The position numbers were made by a program, and so were the translations under genes. 64,000 nt of DNA. It comes from Octopus sinensis (Eukaryota). The DNA is taken from positions 200,756,001-200,820,000 of the forward strand of contig NC_042998.1 in NCBI RefSeq assembly GCF_006345805.1. The letters run 5' to 3'. This document shows positions 1-11,950 of this stretch, piece by piece. How positions within the stretch are numbered: the stretch's first letter is position 1; every line of letters begins with the position of its first letter. Under the pieces are notes generated by a model. That model made no database searches, was not told where the DNA came from, and saw only the letters and a list, made by a program, of their open reading frames with translations.

Positions 1-9
1 GGGCAAGGG

Positions 10-240
10 AGTCTTTACTAACCACAAGGGGCTAAACACGGAGATGACAAACAAGGACAGACAAACGGATTAAGTCGATTAGATCGACCCCAGTACATAA
101 CTGGTACTTAATTTGTCGACCACGAAAGGATGAAAGGCAAAGTCGATCTCGGTGGAATTTGAACTCAAAACGAATTGACAGACGAAATACAGCTAAACAT
201 TTCGCGCGGCGTGCTAACGATTCTGCTAGCTCACCGCCTT
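10..240 (-). mobile_element. tRNA-derived SINE, family B (head AAGGCGGYGAGCTRGCAGAA)
   Basis: Minus strand starts AAGGCGGTGAGCTAGCAGAATCGTTAGCAC (A-box-like), has GAGTTCAAATTCC (B-box-like) and the body GACTTTGCCTTTCATCCTTTC shared with five other copies in the window. Confidence 0.85.
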
Positions 241-458
241 TGTTGCATTAATATTCTACGGGCTCATATACCTCAGTGCGATGGTAGCTGCCCATCTTTA
301 ATGAAATGGGTCTTCTGTTTTCAGCAGATTAGAAAAGTAGTAGATGAGTACACAGGGTCTAGAAGTAGTGTATTAAGATGAGTACCGCGGATAATACGTT
401 TCCTTTCCAAATTCATTGCTAGTGTACCTCATAAAAGTCATCTTACCGAACATACGCA

Positions 459-714
459 GATTTCTGTCGTAAAATATTTTGTTGCGTATCAAAGTTTATG
501 GTCACTGGTGCTTTAGCTATTAACAGGAATAAACTGGGAAAACATAGTGAACACAGACGTTCATTTGCCCATGAACGTGGAAGTATCACTATTCATCCGT
601 GGATAATAGCTGGCTAAGCTGCACATTTACAACGCTGTCTTCAATTGAGTTACTTGTTGTCCTTGACTCTATGACTGCTAAGTGCAATTCTTTGCAAAAT
701 AGTAGCGCATGTTT
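459..714. repeat. Segment duplicated at 4943-5178
   Basis: Direct alignment TCTGTCGTAAAATATTTTGTTGCGTA...GCAAAATAGTAGCGCATGTTT; this copy has about 20 extra bases. Confidence 0.9.
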
Positions 715-1804
715 GGTTGCGGAAGCCTTTCTTCTATAGACGCAACCAACTCTTCTGTCTCGGGACAAATTCCGAAACGTCCTCATGTATTCCACCCCAA
801 TACTATATGTGTAATGCACTCTGACTGATATCTTATTCATCAAACACAAAGAAAAGATAAAAGCAAAGTGTATGTGAGATTTGAACACCGCGCGGAGAGA
901 GACTTAGAATTATACCGTGAGCATAATATCCTTCGCTCTAATGATCCTGCCCTCTTTATCAAACATATGTATGCGTGTTTGTGAGCATATATGTGTGTAC
1001 GAACGTATGTACATATGTTTCTGTACAGAAATATAGACTGATAATTTTTGTGCATAAACTTCGTGATTCTAATATGAGAGCCAATGACAATTATGCAAAT
1101 ACACATACGAAATGATTGGTACATATCAAGATATAAGAATAGCGAAGTTATGAGCGGTTGATATAATTGCTCACTTCAACTACTCGGTATTGTAAGTGTT
1201 CCATAAGGGCATTGTATTTTATATACGGAAATAGCAGCACGAAAATATCAAATATACAAATAGATCCAAATCAGATACATAAATATAATTTCTAGATTTT
1301 TTTCATTTCTCGACCTTTGTTCAATTTATGTAAAGCCGACTGCCCATCCCGTACCTCTTGATGTGCAATAAAATATCACTGTAGCTCGAAATGTTTCTGG
1401 CTATTGTGTAATGGCTCGTTATTTACTCATACGTTCTGACAAACCAGCCTTTGAACCACAAACATTTCGTTTCCAAATGCAGCTGCAATCAAGCAACCTG
1501 AGAAAGAGATAAAGAGAAGCAGATACATGTGTGTGTGTGTGTCTGCGTTTGTGTTTGATTGTCTGTGGGTGTATGTGAGGGTTTGTGTGTGTGTGGTTAT
1601 GGTGTTAGCAAATACATATTTTGTCACACGATACAAATATAGATACGTTGAATTTGAGTAGACATGCTTCGCAATGTACACAGATATGAAACATGCTATA
1701 TTTAGGCGATATCAGCAATATCATTATTTCTTTTACTGTTTTGTTACTTAAATCTATAGCATCAAGAGCAGCAATTAAGCTATTTTGATTGATATGCAAT
1801 CGCC

Positions 1805-1836
1805 TATATATTTATATATATGTATATGTATATATA

Positions 1837-1925
<89 letters not shown>
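1805..1925. repeat. Compound (TA)n-(TG)n microsatellite
   Basis: Directly visible. Confidence 0.95.
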
Positions 1926-1929
<4 letters not shown>

Positions 1930-2227
1930 ATATTCACACACAACATGTTAAAATTCACGACCATGCACATGAATAATTATACATAATTCTACCCCTACAA
2001 AAAAGCACACGCACATATATCTATGTATACGTGAAGTATATAAGCATATACACGCAGACATACGCAGCCTCGCACATGCACACACACACATACACACACA
2101 AACACACACACACACAAACACACACATACACTCATATATATATATATAATATATATATATATATACTATATATCATATATACTAAATTTCTAAATCTCTC
2201 GTAGAGACATGTACGGTGGTGGGGCGA

Positions 2228-2452
2228 TAGAATGGTTGTATACTGTCAATCAAACATGAACGTGACAGTAGGGGTGTACACCACCGCTGTTTAGCCCTAG
2301 GAAGCATCAACGCCTCCTGATAGCTTTGAAAAATGGCTTTGAAAAATGTGTCAAAGATATCAGGAGGCGACGATGCTTTCTAGGGCTAAACAGCGGTGGC
2401 GTACCCCCCTACTGTCACGTTCGTGTTAGATTGTCAGTATACAATCATTCTA
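2228..2452. mobile_element. Foldback / MITE-like element with about 100-bp inverted arms
   Basis: 2228-2329 is the reverse complement of 2351-2452 with about 10 mismatches; both ends are TA; the short spacer has TTTGAAAAATG twice. Confidence 0.8.
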
Positions 2453-2493
2453 TATATATATATATATTATATTATATTATATTATATAAATAT

Positions 2494-2670
2494 AAAACTT
2501 CATAGCACAAATAGAAGTCATAGACTTATTCATTTATATTCTTTTGTTTATCGGTGAGTAAATTGAAGTACATCTAACTACACAACTAGACTGCGTCTAG
2601 TTTAGTGTATTGGTATCCCATAATAACCTTTCAATACATGTAATATAAAAATCCTTTCAAATCATTGTAA
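2494..2670. repeat. Segment paralogous to 9392-9982 (the copy without the SINE)
   Basis: AAAACTTCATAGCACAAATAGA...TTTATCGGTGAGTAAATTGAAGTAC...TTTCAATACATGTAATATAAA aligns to 9392-9426 plus 9838-9982. Confidence 0.9.
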
Positions 2671-2701
2671 CGATTGTTGTAAGTTTGGAACAATATTCCC
2701 T

Positions 2702-2740
2702 AATATTATTATTATTATATTATTATTATTATTATTATTA

Positions 2741-2774
<34 letters not shown>

Positions 2775-2907
2775 GGTATTATTATTATAATTATTTTTAT
2801 CATCGTTATTATTATTATCATCATTATTATTATTGTCATTATTATTATTATTATTATTATTATCATTATTATTATTATCATTATTATTATTATTATTATT
2901 ATTATCA

Positions 2908-2955
<48 letters not shown>

Positions 2956-3144
2956 TATTATTAGTATTATTATTATAATTATTATTATCATCATTATTAT
3001 TATTATCATCATTATTATTATTGTCATTATTATATATTATTATTATTATTATTATTATTATCATATTATTATTATTATTATCATTATTATTATTATTATC
3101 ATTATTATTATCATTATTTATTATTATTATTATCATCATTATTA

Positions 3145-3213
<69 letters not shown>

Positions 3214-3275
3214 AATATATATATGTGCACACACATACACACACATATATATATATATATTATATATATGTACAT
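2702..3275. repeat. Long (TAT)n/(CAT)n array (about 465 bp) followed by (TA)n
   Basis: Directly visible; source of the poly-Ile/Asn ORFs. Confidence 0.95.
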
Positions 3276-3614
3276 ATATATGTATACATGCATTGGTGTC
3301 TGTGATGCACACCTGCATATATGAATACATATAAATACATTTGTGGATTTTTGAAATATTAATATATATGTGATGCTACATATTTCTGCAAGTATTTTAA
3401 TGAAGTTTTTAATTGTTTGACCTTTCTGAACGATAGAGAAGATAGCATAGATTTTACAACAACGTTTATGGGCATTCGTTTTAATTAATTTTCTTCCTAA
3501 AGATTCAGATAAAGCAGTTGAATTAATTGTAGTTTTTAGCAGTGTTTTAGGCAATCAAAATTAATAAGTAAAGTGTCATATTTAGTATGCTCGATGTAAT
3601 GTCGAATAAGAAAT

Positions 3615-3677
3615 TATAATATAATATAATATAATATAATTAATATAATATAATATAATATAAAATAATATAATATA
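3615..3677. repeat. (ATAAT)n pentanucleotide repeat
   Basis: Directly visible, abutting the SINE 5' end. Confidence 0.9.
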
Positions 3678-4083
3678 AGGCGCAGGAGTGGCTGTGTGGT
3701 AAGTAGCTTGCTAACCAACCACATGGTTCCGGGTTCAGTCCCACTACGTGGCATCTTGGGCAAGTGTCTTCTGCTATAGCCCCGGGCCGACCAATGCCTT
3801 GTGAGTGGATTTGGTAGACGGAAACTGAAAGAAGCCTGTCGTATATATGTATATATATATAAGTGTGTGTGTCTGTGTTTGTCCCCCTAGCATTGCTTGA
3901 CAACCGATGCTGGTGTGTTTACGTCCCCGTCACTTAGCGGTTCGACAAAAGAGACCGATAGAATAAGTACTGGGCTTACAAAGAATAAGTCCCGGGGTCG
4001 ATTCGCTCGACTAAAGGCGGTGCTCCAGCATGGCCGCAGTCAAATGACTGAAACAAGTAAGAGAGTAAAGAGTAAAAAGAGTA
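3678..4083 (+). mobile_element. tRNA-derived SINE, family A, full length, with internal microsatellite
   Basis: AGGCGCAGGAGTGGCTGTGTGGTAAG (A box), GGTTCAGTCCC (B box), CORE-like TTGGGCAAGTGTCTT, central (TA)/(GT) tract, tail GGCGGTGCTCCAGCATGGCCGCAGTCAAATGACTGAAAC plus (GAGTAA)n. Confidence 0.92.
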
Positions 4084-4150
<67 letters not shown>

Positions 4151-4920
4151 TATATATATATAACCTTCATGTGGTAGGTATTATTCCTAGGTTTTCGAAA
4201 GTCATAAATGCTGAAGAACAATTATTTGATATTAGTAACTGCAGTCTTGTGTAATTCCTGAACATACCATTCGAGTGTGTGTGGGTCACCAGCTGAACAA
4301 CACGCTAAACATCCAGCTAAATAACCCGATAAACACCTTGAGTTCACATGTGAAGTATGTCTACAAAGAAGTTCATACGACTTGGCTTCTACATGCATCT
4401 GTGTTCAATAAATTTGTTCACTAAAGTGATAGTACAGTGTTACGGCAGTGTTTCATAGGGTTTCCTTTATACAACTTCTGCATACTCTTCTTTGCAGATA
4501 TAATAGACATATATTTACTCTATTACGGTTCTAAGCATCGAGGCGGCCACACGTTCTGAAGTTGATGCCTACGCTTAGTTTAGAGTTGTCAGTTCTGGTC
4601 GCGTGATGAGAAGAGAAGCGCTGCAAGAGCGGAAATCGGACATAATAGATCAAATTAACCTCCCTACAGTGAATAATCGAGGGAAATTGAATGAGAAATG
4701 TCAGGTGCAATAATTATCACGATAATAGCACGTGTTAGCTTAAAGAAGGAAATGCGACGTAATGAATATAAGTATTTTGCCTCTCTTCAGTGGATATTCT
4801 GGGGGGATTCCAATAGAAATCTCAGCGAAGTTTTAGTAAATATATTTAAAGATATAAAGTGAAAAAAAATTCGATAAAAGAAAGCACAGTTACTGATAAT
4901 AGATCAGTTGTTACTTTTAT

Positions 4921-5552
4921 TTATTACCTCCGCCTTACCTCCGATATCTGTCGTAAAATATTTTGTTGCGTAATAAAGTTTATGGTTACTGGTGCTTTAG
5001 ATATTAACAGGAATAAACTGGGAAAACATAGTGAACACAGATGTTCATTTGCCCATGAATGTGGAAGCATCACTGTTCATCAGTGCACATTTACAATGCC
5101 GTCTTCCATTGATTTACTTGTTGTCCTTGACTCTATGACTGCTAAGTGCAATTCTTTGCAAAATAGTAGCGCATGTTTATTTATTACCTCCGAATGTGGA
5201 GTTATTGTTTTTAGTGGTGTTTGTTTGACTTATGTTTGTCCGTGGACTGGACAGGATATCTCAAGAACCACTGGATGGACTCGGATAAAACTTTCAGGGA
5301 TGTTTGACTTTGTGACTGGCACGATCCTATAAGACTTTGGGATCGATCCTATACCGGACAAGGATTTGGATTATTTTCCCGTTTTTTTTTTTACTTAATT
5401 TTTGAGAGCAGTTGAGGTCATTCTTATATTTTCGTTAGTGAGAGAAGTCAATTATATTTCAGATATTCTCATTTTAAAAATAATCTCCATTTGATCGTTG
5501 AGAGGACGTTGGTGTTGCCTTGGCGGAGGTTTGCGTTCTCTGAATGCTCTCA
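4921..5552 (+). mobile_element. Helentron-associated (HINE/DINE-1-like) non-autonomous element with an internal insertion
   Basis: 5' TTATTACCTCCGCC and 3' subterminal complement TTGGCGGAGGT followed by the short hairpin GCGTTCTCTGAATGC; the 5' motif is reiterated at 5181. Architecture matches described HINEs. Confidence 0.7.
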
Positions 5553-5754
5553 CACATATATTGTATAATAACAACCATGAATTATAATTCGTTTGAAACA
5601 TTGTCCTTCGTTCATTCCCACTGTTGGCATTTGGACAATTGCCCTCTTCTCTGTGTATGGGTTTGTGCGTCTGCTTGTGTGTGTGTTTGCGCGCGTGTGT
5701 GTGTGTGTGTGTGTGTGTGTGTATTTGTGCATGTGCATATATATAATTTATTAT

Positions 5755-5960
5755 ATGCGTGTGTATTTGTGTGTTTGTGTTCTTCCCACCGCTTGACGGT
5801 TGGTGTTGGTTAGTTTCGTAACTTGGCGAAATGGTAAAAGAGACACACAATATAGGTACGAAATTTACATTTGAGCTCTTGGATCGATTTTTTTCCAATA
5901 AACCCTCCAATGCGTTGCCCCAATAAGGCCGCAGTCCTGCGAGTGAAACAATTAATAGAT
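5755..5960 (+). mobile_element. Degraded 3' half of a family A-related SINE
   Basis: CCCACCGCTTGAC...GGTGTTGGT, CGTAACTTGGCG...AAAAGAGAC and tail GCCCCAATAAGGCCGCAGTC...TGAAAC resemble the family A 3' half. Confidence 0.6.
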
Positions 5961-7855
5961 AAAAGATGAAAATATCACACAGCGATAATACATTCAGAAA
6001 TCTCTCCGAATTTCTTATATTCATATTTTTTAATTAAAGTGTGACGACTTTATCAGTTGTAACAATATTATCCTTGTGATTAGCAGACTGCAATAAATTG
6101 CGTGGTATATGACATTATTTCCCTTTCTTTACTGTGAAGTTGGTAGCGGATAACTCTTGAAATGTCAATGAACTTAATCATTAGCAATGTTGTGGTTCGA
6201 GGCTACACAGTGCGACAGTAGTGAAATGTGAAAAAAGTTTTGAAAAGATAAAACTTGAACGTAAACCTGTCATTAAAATATACGCATCTGCAGACGATCA
6301 AGGACGCACAAGCAAACACAGAAACACAGTAACGCACACAAAAAGGAAACTTTAGGCACAACGAAAAGTCTAAACACCAAAGAATGTTCAGTAGAGACAT
6401 AGGTACCAATGACTGACAGCCAGCGCACACACATGCACATATTTATAAAACTACTTAATCATTTTAGTCTCTATGCCTATACTTACCTGTGTTACTACAT
6501 ATTTATCATTTGATGTACGAATCATTTTGAATTTCTTTCTGCCCCTATCTTTACGAGATGTTATATGGCTTTGCATATAATTCTATTTCATATATAATCA
6601 CTGGTTTGGCTTTTTCAGCTTCTCCTATCAGTTCTCATTTTACTAATAGAAGCAATTTTACTAATACAATGCTCCTTATAGTGATATCAACAACGACATG
6701 ATAGCATCATTTAATCAACTTTAGTTATAACTGGTTATGCAGCTGAAGAGCGACAGCAACATTACACAACTCCCCACTTACTTTAAGATCATTATATTGT
6801 CACATGCTATCATGTGACAATATTAAATTAAAACATCTGTATAGAATCGTGTAAGTAAAAAGCAATTTAGAGCGAATACTGCACCAATTTGGCGTCACTT
6901 CACCAGTTATATATAGCTGGCTTAAGTCCCCCACACCTGATTAGACACCATTAGCTTAAACATGGTACTCTTTAGATAATGCTGTCCTAGAATACCCTAA
7001 AATATCGTCCTAATGGCTGTTACGCCACTACTTCTGAGGTTGATCATCTGAATTTGAAGAGAAGCTAAAACGATAAAAAATAACTGCGACCTATCTTATG
7101 ACAAATAATACCACAGAATAACTCAAGCTACTGAGAAAATGTACCAAACAGAAGAGGACTGTCAAATAATTCACAAATCCGCTAACTGACAACACATCAA
7201 TAACAAACTAAAAAGTCTTTTGTATCAGAATATCTTTGAAGTTGTTGAACCAACCAATCCTTTAAGAAGATAAAAGCAATTATTTGGTTTACAAATAGAA
7301 ATGTGATAAAATAAATGATTAAATTTGGAGTCGGTTGTAAGTACTGTTGGACTGGTTTAGCAAATCAGCGAACATGAAATGTAAAATCCATTAACCCGAT
7401 ATGCTGAGTTGAATATTATGTGAAAAACGGCACCAGCCATATTTAAAGGGAAAATAGGTGCAATGCGTTGGACGTTTGCGAATGAGGTAAAGATTTATGT
7501 TAATTGAATTTCGATTAGAATTTCTATGCCTAAATTTAAATCACCAGTTTGTCACCATTTGTATACTTTTGACTATATTAGGCAGTGAGTCATTTTTGTA
7601 AGAAGACACTATGATGTCAGGGTGTTATTTCTGACAATCACGGATGAGTTTAACCTTGTAGACACATCTCAGTAGATAAAATTCGATAGGAAGAAACGGT
7701 AGTTTTTGTTCTTTTATATAATTGATTAGTATCTTTTTTCTTAACCCATCCCGTCAGATTATTAACGAGAAGAGAAAATACTTATTTCAGCAAATACAAA
7801 TATTTCCCAATAAATATATATGCGCCGTCTAGAATACAGCAATATATACACATAC

Positions 7856-8286
7856 TTACTCTTTTACTCTTTTACTCTTTTACTTGTTTCAGTCATTTGA
7901 CTGCGGCCATGCTGGAGCACCGCCTTTAATCGAGCAACTCGACCCCGGGACTTATTCTTTTGTAAGCCCAGTACTTATTCTATCGGTCTCTTTTGCCGAA
8001 CCGCTAAGTAACGGGGACATAAACACACCAGCATCGGTTGTCAAGCAATGCTAGGGGGACAAACACAGACACACAAACACACACACGCACATATATATAT
8101 ATTTATATATATATACATATATACGACAGGCTTCTTTCAGTTTCCGTCTACCAAATCCACTCACAAAGCATTGGTCGGCCCGAGGCTATAGTAGAAGACA
8201 CTTGCCCAAGGTGCCACGCAGTGGGACTGAACCCGGAACCATGTGGTTGGTTAGCAAGCTACTTACCACACAGCCACTCCTGCGCC
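7856..8286 (-). mobile_element. SINE family A, full length
   Basis: Reverse complement of 3678-4083 including the (TTACTC)n tail. Confidence 0.92.
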
Positions 8287-8516
8287 CATGGACAAACTAG
8301 GTAGGGATCTATTTTACTCACACATAAATAGCCTCAGGATTCACGAGTCATGAGAAATCATTATGTGATTCGTTTTAGTGCGAAAGAAATACTGTCAATG
8401 CTTTATGAAATCTTATTCTAGCATCTTAAAAAATTGTTAAATAGACCCAGTAAACTAAAACGACATATGACAAAACAAGTAATGAAGTCCCATTTAGACT
8501 GTTTCTTGGTAATATA

Positions 8517-8646
8517 CTTTATAAAAGGAGAATAAATCGGCACAAGCAGACGCTAGAACACTCATACAGTTCTGTAATCTGATTGAGGATCATAGGATTA
8601 TTTGAGGTGACCTAAGTTTAAAAAATAACAAAAATGCTTTGAAAAT
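8517..8646. repeat. 130-bp direct repeat, copy 1 (copy 2 at 9040-9173), flanking a Helitron
   Basis: CTTTATAAAAGGAGAATAAATCGGCAC...AAAAATGCTTTGAAAAT occurs on both sides of 8646-9037. Confidence 0.9.
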
Positions 8647-9037
8647 CTTTACATATAAAAGTGAAGTTGTGTGTCTGTCTCCTACGATTTAGATTCCTAA
8701 CTACTCCCACATTTTGCGGTGCAGTTTAACCAAAACCGGGTATCTTATAGTCGTGATTCATATCGAGCCCGTCTGGGTATTAGCGCGCGTCTACGATGAC
8801 TCTACGATTAAAAAAAAATTACCATCCTTTTTTTCTATTTTAATGCATTTTTTAATGCATATAAGGGAACTAAATCTCTAAAAATGTCTACGATGAGTCA
8901 ACGATTTAAAAAAAATTACCATAATTTTTTTTCCATTTTTAATGCATTTTTTGGCTATTTTTTTGCTATAACTCTCTAAAAATGCTTATATAGTTATTTC
9001 CCTTACAAACCCGAGCAACACCGGGCGATACTGCTAG
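8646..9037 (+). mobile_element. Non-autonomous Helitron
   Basis: A|TC 5' end (TCTTTACATATAAAAGTGAAG), subterminal hairpin CCCGAGCAACACCGGG, CTAG|T 3' end; second copy at 45216-45611. Confidence 0.85.
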
Positions 9038-9039
9038 TG

Positions 9040-9173
9040 CTTTATAAAAGGAGAATAAATCGGCACAAGCAGACGCTAGAACTCTCATACAGTTCTGTAA
9101 TCTGATTGAGGATCATAGGATTATTTGAGGAGATCAGACCTAGTTTTAAAAATAACAAAAATGCTTTGAAAAT
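9040..9173. repeat. 130-bp direct repeat, copy 2
   Basis: Near-identical to 8517-8646 with a small insertion (AGATCA). Confidence 0.9.
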
Positions 9174-9423
9174 ACAATACAAAAAAGTAATTCCAAGTAG
9201 TGCAGCTGCTGCAAAAATCCGTCAAAAAATTTGCTGAAGCCCTACAGTTTTTATGGGATTAACGTGCTCCTTTGAATGCAATGTGATTCCCTGTAAGTCT
9301 GCTCAGTCAAGAGTGATGTAGATGAACACGTTAATATAAATACAGAGAAACATACAAACTTGCATACACACACAACTACTAACTCATTTACAAAACTTCA
9401 TAGCACAAATAGATGCCATACAC

Positions 9424-9636
9424 TTACTCTTTTGCTCTTTTACTTGTTTCAGTCATTTGACTGCGGCCATGCCAGGAGCACCGCCTTTAGTCAGGCAAAA
9501 CGACCCCGGGACTTATTCTTTGTAAGCCCAGTACTTATTCTATTGGTCTCTTTTGCCGAACCGCTAAGTGACGGGGACGTAAACACACCAGCATCGGTTG
9601 TCAAGCAATGGTAGGGGGACAAACACACACACACAA

Positions 9637-9667
<31 letters not shown>

Positions 9668-9839
9668 CATATATACGACAGGCTTCTTTCAGTTTCCATC
9701 TACCAAATCCACTCACAAGGCACTGGTCGGACCGGGGCTATAGCAGAAGACACTTGTCCAAGATGCCACGCAGTGGGACTGAACCCGGCACCATGTGGTT
9801 GGTTAGCAAGCTACTTACCACACAGCCACTCCTGCGCCT
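9424..9839 (-). mobile_element. SINE family A, full length, inserted in a duplicated segment
   Basis: Same family sequence; the flanks rejoin to match 2494-2670. Confidence 0.92.
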
Positions 9840-10340
9840 ATTCATATATATTCTTCTGTTTATCGGTGAGTAAATTGAAGTACCTCTAACTACACAACTA
9901 CACTGCGCCTAATTTAGTATATTCGTGTTCCTTAATACCCTTTCAATACATGTAATATAAAGATCATTCAAAATTATTGTAATAAAATTTCATTTTATGA
10001 TTTACAACATAATTCGACCAGGAAAAGAATTCTTCTGAGCACCACTTACAAATTTCAATATATAGAAAACCAAATTAGATCTATATTTCGCATTTTTAGA
10101 CAAACCACAAAATTATTAAAGTTTTCAATATGAATTTAAATTTATGAATCACTGTTCTTATGACTTATATGAAGATATATTACAAGAATAATCGCATCTT
10201 AACAGCCGTGCGCTTATATATATATATATAAAAACGGGAAACATATTTTTAGTTCAATAACTAAGCACACATTATCAACTAAATACCAAACCTTCATATA
10301 CAACACACCTACACACATATGTAATGGGAGAGACATACGC

Positions 10341-10411
<71 letters not shown>

Positions 10412-10614
10412 CTGTGTTTGTGTGTGTGTGTTTTTGTATGTATCTCTCGCTTTCTCTCTCTCCACCTCTCTCTCTCTCTATATATATATATATAATATAT
10501 ATATATATACATATATGGGGATTGATAGAGAGAGATAGAGATAGATAAAGTAATAAATTTAGAGTGAGAAATATATGATACATGCAGACGTACATTTATG
10601 TGTGTGTGCCCTCT

Positions 10615-10649
<35 letters not shown>

Positions 10650-11637
10650 GTATGTGTATATATGAGTTCCGGCGCTTTTTTGTAGGTGTATTAAGTAAAT
10701 AGTATCAGGCCTTCCGACTATTATTCTACTATTTCACGCACTCTTATACCCACACACAATGCACAAACGTATATATTTATAAGTACACAAATTTCAATAT
10801 TCATAACAATATATAGTGATTTATGAATAGTGGTTTTCGTATATAAAACATGGATAATAAACTCTTCTAGCATTATTATTCTGTTTTTATTGTCCAACAA
10901 GCAGGGACAATACAGTCCAAGATACTCAACGAGAATCGATAATAACAAATACAACTAAGTAAGATATTCAAATAAAACGAGAATTGCTTGTTTTTATAAG
11001 GAAATTTCTGTATTCTTATATATAGTATATATTGGTAGTATCTTGGTAGTAGTAGGTCGCATTATGTAGCATCTAACTTTATGTTCATGACTATGAGATC
11101 ACCAATCCTTCCTTCGTTTTCTGTACATATGACCACGCTTTGCTATTTATGTTTTATTTCTCTATTTTTTTTTTTTTTAGAATTATTTTGACTAGTCACG
11201 TGGTTAGTTGGAAGATTGTGATGGCAAGTATCTTATTTTATTCTGCTGTCTTTAAATGATATGAATGCCTCGCAAATATTTATTTTCCCAAATATCGTGA
11301 TCGCTTGTAGTATTCTCTCTCTCTAAGACGTCAAGCTCAGACATTTGTGGCAAGAGAGAAGCTGAAATCCACATTAGATCTTGCTTATTTCTTGTGATTC
11401 AGCTCAATAATATCTGGCCGGTTGTGTTTTAGTTTTGCGACACCTTTGATTTTATAATTCCACCAATATTCTTTTGACCAATTACTTGACGTCTAGTCGT
11501 CTTTATGTGCTGCTATTTTCTTCTTTTTTTATTTAATAAACTGCGTATTTTTTCTGCCCACCGAAGAGGTGGACATTTTCCCGATATTATCCCTCATGGC
11601 AGCCGGCAGTAATGTGTTTGACCTCTCCACGTTTAGT

Positions 11638-11950
11638 CTTTGTTTGTTTGTTCCTTCTCAAGCCAAGCCTGGCTCATAAGGGCCGGTTTCCCGGTTTCCT
11701 TGACGTATAGGTTCCCCACCTGGACGGGACGCCGGTTCGTCGCAGGCGAGCTGCAAGATACAGGAGGGAAGAGTGAGAGATAGTTGTGGGGAAAGAGTCA
11801 TCAGAAGTTCGCCTTTACCTTCTGTTGGAACCGCGTGGAGCTTAGGTGCTTCGCTCATAAACACACACACTTTGCTCGGTCTGAGATTCGAACCCGCGAT
11901 TCCTCGACCGCGAGTACGCTGCTCTAACCACTAGGCCATGTGCCTCCACA
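11638..11950 (-). mobile_element. tRNA-derived SINE, family C
   Basis: Minus-strand head TGTGGAGGCACATGGCCTAGTGGTTAGAGC (A box), GGGTTCGAATCTC (B box), GC-rich body and (ACAA)n tail. Confidence 0.85.

Noticed and set aside
3678-3750. tRNA-like heads of the SINEs (also about 11880-11950 and 27480-27553) as tRNA genes
   Set aside because: A and B boxes are present, but there is no complete cloverleaf and they continue into repeated SINE bodies.
3640-3903. Recurring ORFs such as MSSNARGTNTDT...CPRCH
   Set aside because: They are antisense translations of SINE A, repeated at each copy.
4859-5332. 157-aa ORF
   Set aside because: It runs across the HINE end, the captured segment and the HINE body, has no recognisable motif, and the frame is not kept in the 459-714 copy.
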